64,000 nucleotides of DNA from Fistulifera solaris. Its lineage: Eukaryota. The stretch covers positions 62,001 through 126,000 of the forward strand of contig AP026152.1 of assembly GCA_030295235.1 (NCBI GenBank). Direction: 5' to 3'. Position numbers and translations under genes: made by a program. The notes under the pieces are model-generated. The model searched no databases, was not told the DNA's origin, and saw only the letters and a program-made list of their open reading frames with translations. Below are positions 59,578 through 64,000 of the stretch, piece after piece (the first letter of the stretch is position 1; the number at the start of each line of letters is the position of its first letter).

Positions 59578-60195
59578 ATGACAATGACGGAAACTGAAAA
59601 CTATCGTATTTCGGTGGATGTCGGAGGAACCATGTATGAAATATCTCGGGACACGCTGGCAAGTTGTGAAGGTTCTAAACTGACGAGCATGATCATGGAG
59701 CAATGGAAAGACACAAACCTCGACGGTTATATTTTGATTGACCGCGACGGTAAGATGTTTGAGTATGTGCTTGATTACTTGCAAACGCATACGGTCTTTC
59801 TTCCGCGTGAGGTGAGCCGGCTTGCTTTAGAGAGAGAGTTCGAGTACTATGGAATTGAAGCGGACATGACCAATGTGCATGACTTGTATGGATTTGAGCA
59901 TCTTCGTATGATCAAAGAGGAGATTGGGGTACAAGAAGCTCACCTTGACGTGTTGAAGAGCGAAGCCATGGCCATTCAGCTATCCATGTTCACCGAACTC
60001 GAGTATCTGAGAAATATACCGAGCAAAACCGAATGTGTGAACTTTGACATCCCCAAAGAGTACAGCAGCTACAACAAGGCGCTTTTCAAAGAGTGCTTGG
60101 CTGCCAGAGGATTGGTGTATGTTCGAGGAACCGTCAACGGCAAGTCTCTAAACGTCACCAAACAACTCGATGACGATACTGATACAAAAGAGTAG
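59578..60195 (+). CDS. BTB/POZ protein, copy 19
   Basis: ISVDVGGTMYEISRDTL, ILIDRDGKMFEYVLDYL, FKECLAARGL. Confidence 0.89.
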   Translation: MTMTETENYRISVDVGGTMYEISRDTLASCEGSKLTSMIMEQWKDTNLDGYILIDRDGKMFEYVLDYLQTHTVFLPREVSRLALEREFEYYGIEADMTNVHDLYGFEHLRMIKEEIGVQEAHLDVLKSEAMAIQLSMFTELEYLRNIPSKTECVNFDIPKEYSSYNKALFKECLAARGLVYVRGTVNGKSLNVTKQLDDDTDTKE

Positions 60196-60501
60196 AGCGA
60201 TGCATAAGTAGCGTTAGACGAGAATGAACTGTAATCGTTCTAACGAAGAATTCTTTTTATCTTTCAACCTCTGTCATTTTTAGTTCACTTTGAAGCTGCA
60301 CAAAGATGAAGAACCATCATTCATTGAGCGTACGCTATGTTGAATCTGTAAAGAAACCAAAGTGATTTGTTGATGATCCCACGTATGGATGTCTAGATTT
60401 TATCTTTAGTCATTCACTTGAAGCTAGAATACTATAAGAAGATGCATTTAGCGCTGACGAACCTTTCAACACTACTTGACTATTCATTCTCCCACAAACA
60501 T

Positions 60502-60902
60502 TACTATAGCACCCGAGTGTAGATTACTTTTTCACGACTGCATTTCAGTCACGAATAATAGTTCTGGGTTTTGGGAGCCTGACTTCACCTAGACTAACCT
60601 CTGTTTGTTCTGCTATTTTGAAACACTGAATCCGTCATTATTACACTTCAATGCTTTCAGAAGTATGAGCGGTGAGCCTTCTGAAGTTTTATGCGTCCTT
60701 TGACCTCTCGGCAATCCTTCCAGATCGAGTATAGCCCCTCGCCGTTACCTGGTAAAAATAAAATGTAAGGATAAAGCGTATAGTTTCAATTTAATCATTC
60801 AGATTAGTTATAGTTATAAAGCCTGACAAGTTTCCGAATCTTATAAATGTTTTGATTTTACTACGGAGCATAGATTTTACCATGACTGGATTCAGTCATG
60901 AA
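60502..60902 (+). repeat. Two copies (60502 full, ~60860 partial) of CTATAG/hairpin dispersed element
   Basis: TACTATAGCACCCGAGTGT...CACGACTGCATTTCAGTCACGA; CATGACTGGATTCAGTCATG. Confidence 0.7.
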
Positions 60903-61280
60903 TGAGCATCAATAAAATAACATAATAAAACATAAAAACACCATATCATCTCCGAACCATTTTGACCATTCATTCTTTCTTATTATGCATTCAAATTTTG
61001 CATGGTTTACAGCTTTTTTAAGTGTAGATGATAGTGCGATTTCTGGGGGAAACGTTTTTGGGCGTTGGAATGCACCTTTCCTCCATGATGCAAAACACCA
61101 CGCTATACTATGTACGCATGTTTGGTTGATGACAATCCACGGATGGTTTTCGACACGAGGAGGAGTGAGTCAGTCGTCCACACAATTGCTGATGAATGAA
61201 TATTCAGTCTGAAAGAAGGGTTTCACATTGTCTCGCACAATTTATTTTTTCTAAGACTGCCGGAAGGGATTTACGGCAGA

Positions 61281-61875
61281 ATGACGACTGAAGCAAAAAT
61301 CGATGGCAAGATCGTGCGTTTGAACGTCGGAGGAACACGATACGACGTATCTCGCGATACTCTTGAGCGCTTTCAAGACTCCATGCTGGCAAGCTTGGTG
61401 TCAAAGCATTGGAAGGAAGGCAACTCGAATGAACCCATCCATCGATCGCAATGGTCGCTTGTTCGAGTATGTTCTGGATTACTTGCGCACTAGCGAAATC
61501 CATTTGCCCTCTTTTGTGAGCCCGGCTGCTTTGGAAAAGGAATTGGAGTTCTACGGCCTTTATGATGTTGATATGAGTAAAGTGATCGGAAAGAACAGGG
61601 TCGAGTACGGCATTTCGGTTCGAGAGAAAGCGGAGACGTTGGCCCTGGAAGTACGGGCGATTCGATTGGCAGCTCTGGCGGAATCTGAGTTCTGGCAACA
61701 CCGATTTCCGCCAGAATCGCTTTCGGTATCGATATGCTCTGAAGATTATAAAGAGCTTGTTCGGCGTGAGGACTTACTACACGAACGCTTACTTGACAAG
61801 GGATTGCAACTTGTTTCGATGAACAAAGAGAAAAATTGTTTGTATAATTTTGTATTCAAGGTGGCAAATGCTTAA
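61281..61875 (+). CDS. BTB/POZ protein, copy 20 (frameshift ~61440)
   Basis: IVRLNVGGTRYDVSRDTL, then IDRNGRLFEYVLDYLR…LHERLLDKGL in the next frame. Confidence 0.85.
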
Positions 61876-62053
61876 GCTTTCTTGGAAAGTCATTCTTGGT
61901 GCTGACAAATTCACCGTCCCGAGTCCTTCGAAAAATCTTTCTCTTGCATGGAGCTTGATGAGTTCATACATTGTGAAACTAACGATGATTCATCTCGATG
62001 ATAGATTAGTAGCCTATACTTAGCTCATCAAACATATCTATGATTACAAATCT

Positions 62054-63953
62054 CTATGGCCCCCAATAGCTTCGATACTTCCATTCAAAACCTTCATTGA
62101 GACTCATGTCGTTGTTGGCACACTCCGCGTCCGCACAAAGCACACAACACGAACATTCCTCGGCATTGCTCACCAGTACGGAGGAAGCCGCATTCTGGCA
62201 CATGAACTGCCAATTCCCAGCAATCCCCGTCTCTATGAAAAAGGCTTGCTTGAGATTCGACAATGATTGAAACGATTCCGGAAGTGGCCCCGTGATTTGT
62301 GCGTTGTGACTCAAGAAGAGATATTCGAGTTGGGGCAGTTCACCCCATGACTCGGGTATTCCGCCCGTGAAATTGTTGCGACTCATGTCTAACAGCTCCA
62401 TTCGAGTCCAATTTTGTCCCAACCAGGCCGGCAAGTCCCCCGTTCGGTCACTACCACCGATATGAAACGCGACCATGTTACTCATGGCAGCCCAGTCGTC
62501 GGGAATGGGTCCAGCCGTAAAAGGATTATCATTGAGAAACAGCGATTGCAGATTCGTGGACAACGTCAGTGGCAACGGCCCCGTCAAATGATTGTGATGC
62601 CCAATGAGATGTGTCAAGGCCGTCAAATTCGCCAAAGAGGGAGGAAGAATTCCTTCAATATCATTGTTATGAATCGACAAGAACCGCAATTTGTCGTTGT
62701 ACGGAATAGTCCACGTCAATTTTCCCGCAATCGCATTGTCCCCCAACGACAGCACCTCCAAGTTGGGAGCGTTGTACAACAACTTGTGCGGAAACGCTCC
62801 ACGGAGTTGTTGATTCCCCATGACATCCAACAAGACCAACTGTTCCGCGAGATGATCAAACGCCAATTCAATATCTCCGTAGAATTGATTTTCTCGGGCC
62901 GACAGAATTTTCAAATACGGCATTGCCGCCACGAACGACGGTAAATCTTGCGCAAAATCATTCATATTGAGATACAATTCCGTGAGATTCGCTAGCACAG
63001 GTAATGCTCCCGTCATTTGATTGAAATTGAGATTGAGAATTTGGAGTTCGGACAAGGAAGAAAAACACGACGGCACCGTTCCGTTGATTTGATTTGAATG
63101 CACGTTAAAAAATTGAAGTTTGGTCAGTTGACACAACTCGGTGGGCAAGGAACCCTGTAAGGCATTTTGACCCAACGAGACATGTTGCAGCGTTGTCAGT
63201 CGACCCAGTGCGGTCGGCAGTTGTCCCGCTAATCCCAAGTTGTCTGTAGATGCAATAAATGAGTACTTGTGTCTTGACAGAAAACTTGTTTGTCATTCTT
63301 GTACGTACCGAAGTGCAGAGCGATCGGAATGTTTTGGGCATCGCATTCGACGCCGGGTTGGCCGTCTTTCGAAAACCAGTCACACACGGACGAATCAAAC
63401 GCAAAGAGAGGTCCTCCGAGGGTGAAAAAGGTCAACACGAGAACATAACGGACCAAAAGGGATAGGCACCGACTTTTGTTCCTCCCGGATGCACCGCCAT
63501 CCAGTGTACTGCCTCGTACTGCGGAGAACCGGCTTGTTGTAAAGCAGTCGATGACGATATTTGATTCTCAATCAAGTATTGATAGATCGCTTGTACTTCC
63601 GCCTCGTAGGCATTCATTGTCGGCTCATCCGCTTTCTCTTCCGGTGGAGGCATCACGACGAGACTCACGACAAGAACTGTCATGAGAATCATTCCGATCC
63701 ACAGCCCACAAAACGGGTTCGGACACGCGGTCCGCTTTCGTCGTAAAGCATCGAGTCGCACAATTCCATCGAGTCCTTGATTGAGATGCAATTCCCCGAA
63801 TTCGTCGGGAATCGCTTCTTCGTCTTCGTGCAATCGCCGTTTCACGGTCCAGACATTGCCGTGCGCGTGCTCCAATTCGCACGTATCTTCCGCAAAGGCC
63901 GTGGAAGAGAAATTAATGTCTTCGAATGCAGGAGGTGGGGATTCCGGAATCAT
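62054..63953 (-). CDS. Single-pass membrane leucine-rich-repeat protein (N-terminal region, TM, plant-type LRRs); intron ~63247-63307; frameshift ~63460
   Basis: TM LWIGMILMTVLVVSLVV; SPQYEAVHWM; repeated LxxLxLxxNxLxGxxP motifs. Confidence 0.85.
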
Positions 63954-64000
63954 ATTGCTGTTGTAAAGAAAGAGTGCTGCGGCTCATTTTGCCAATGTAG

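Noticed and set aside
28908..61875. BTB ORFs as voltage-gated potassium channel genes
   Set aside because: Only the T1-like tetramerisation domain is present; there is no 6-TM region or GYG pore motif.

Overview
Eukaryotic nuclear DNA, most likely from a diatom/stramenopile (inferred from compact genes, short GT-AG introns and a diatom-style TM-LRR gene). There are two compartments. (1) About 2.5-28.6 kb is gene-dense housekeeping DNA: a large GT25 glycosyltransferase-domain protein, FPGS, a sulfotransferase-like P-loop protein, GrpE, a calmodulin-like protein, a CDF metal transporter, HGH1, CTF8, RPS2/uS5, a TBC1D20-like RabGAP, ETHE1 and a large hypothetical protein. Palindromic CCAGA-nnn-TCTGG tandem arrays are interspersed. 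(2) About 28.9-61.9 kb is a co-oriented array of about 20 intronless KCTD/T1-type BTB genes plus two BTB-less remnants. Each has a conserved BTB, a coiled coil and a highly variable C-terminus. The array is interrupted by a U32/RlhA gene, a DUF3605 gene and a TA-flanked MITE, and it ends at an LRR membrane-protein gene. The most striking signal is a non-coding element upstream of 8 BTB genes, always in the same orientation. It forms a ~110-nt imperfect palindrome with co-varying arms plus two small flanking hairpins, and two copies 18 kb apart are 100/100 nt identical although their downstream proteins are very divergent. A second dispersed ~55-nt hairpin/CTATAG element occurs at least 12 times. 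Many frameshifts lie in homopolymer runs, even in housekeeping genes, so they are probably assembly errors and pseudogene calls are uncertain.
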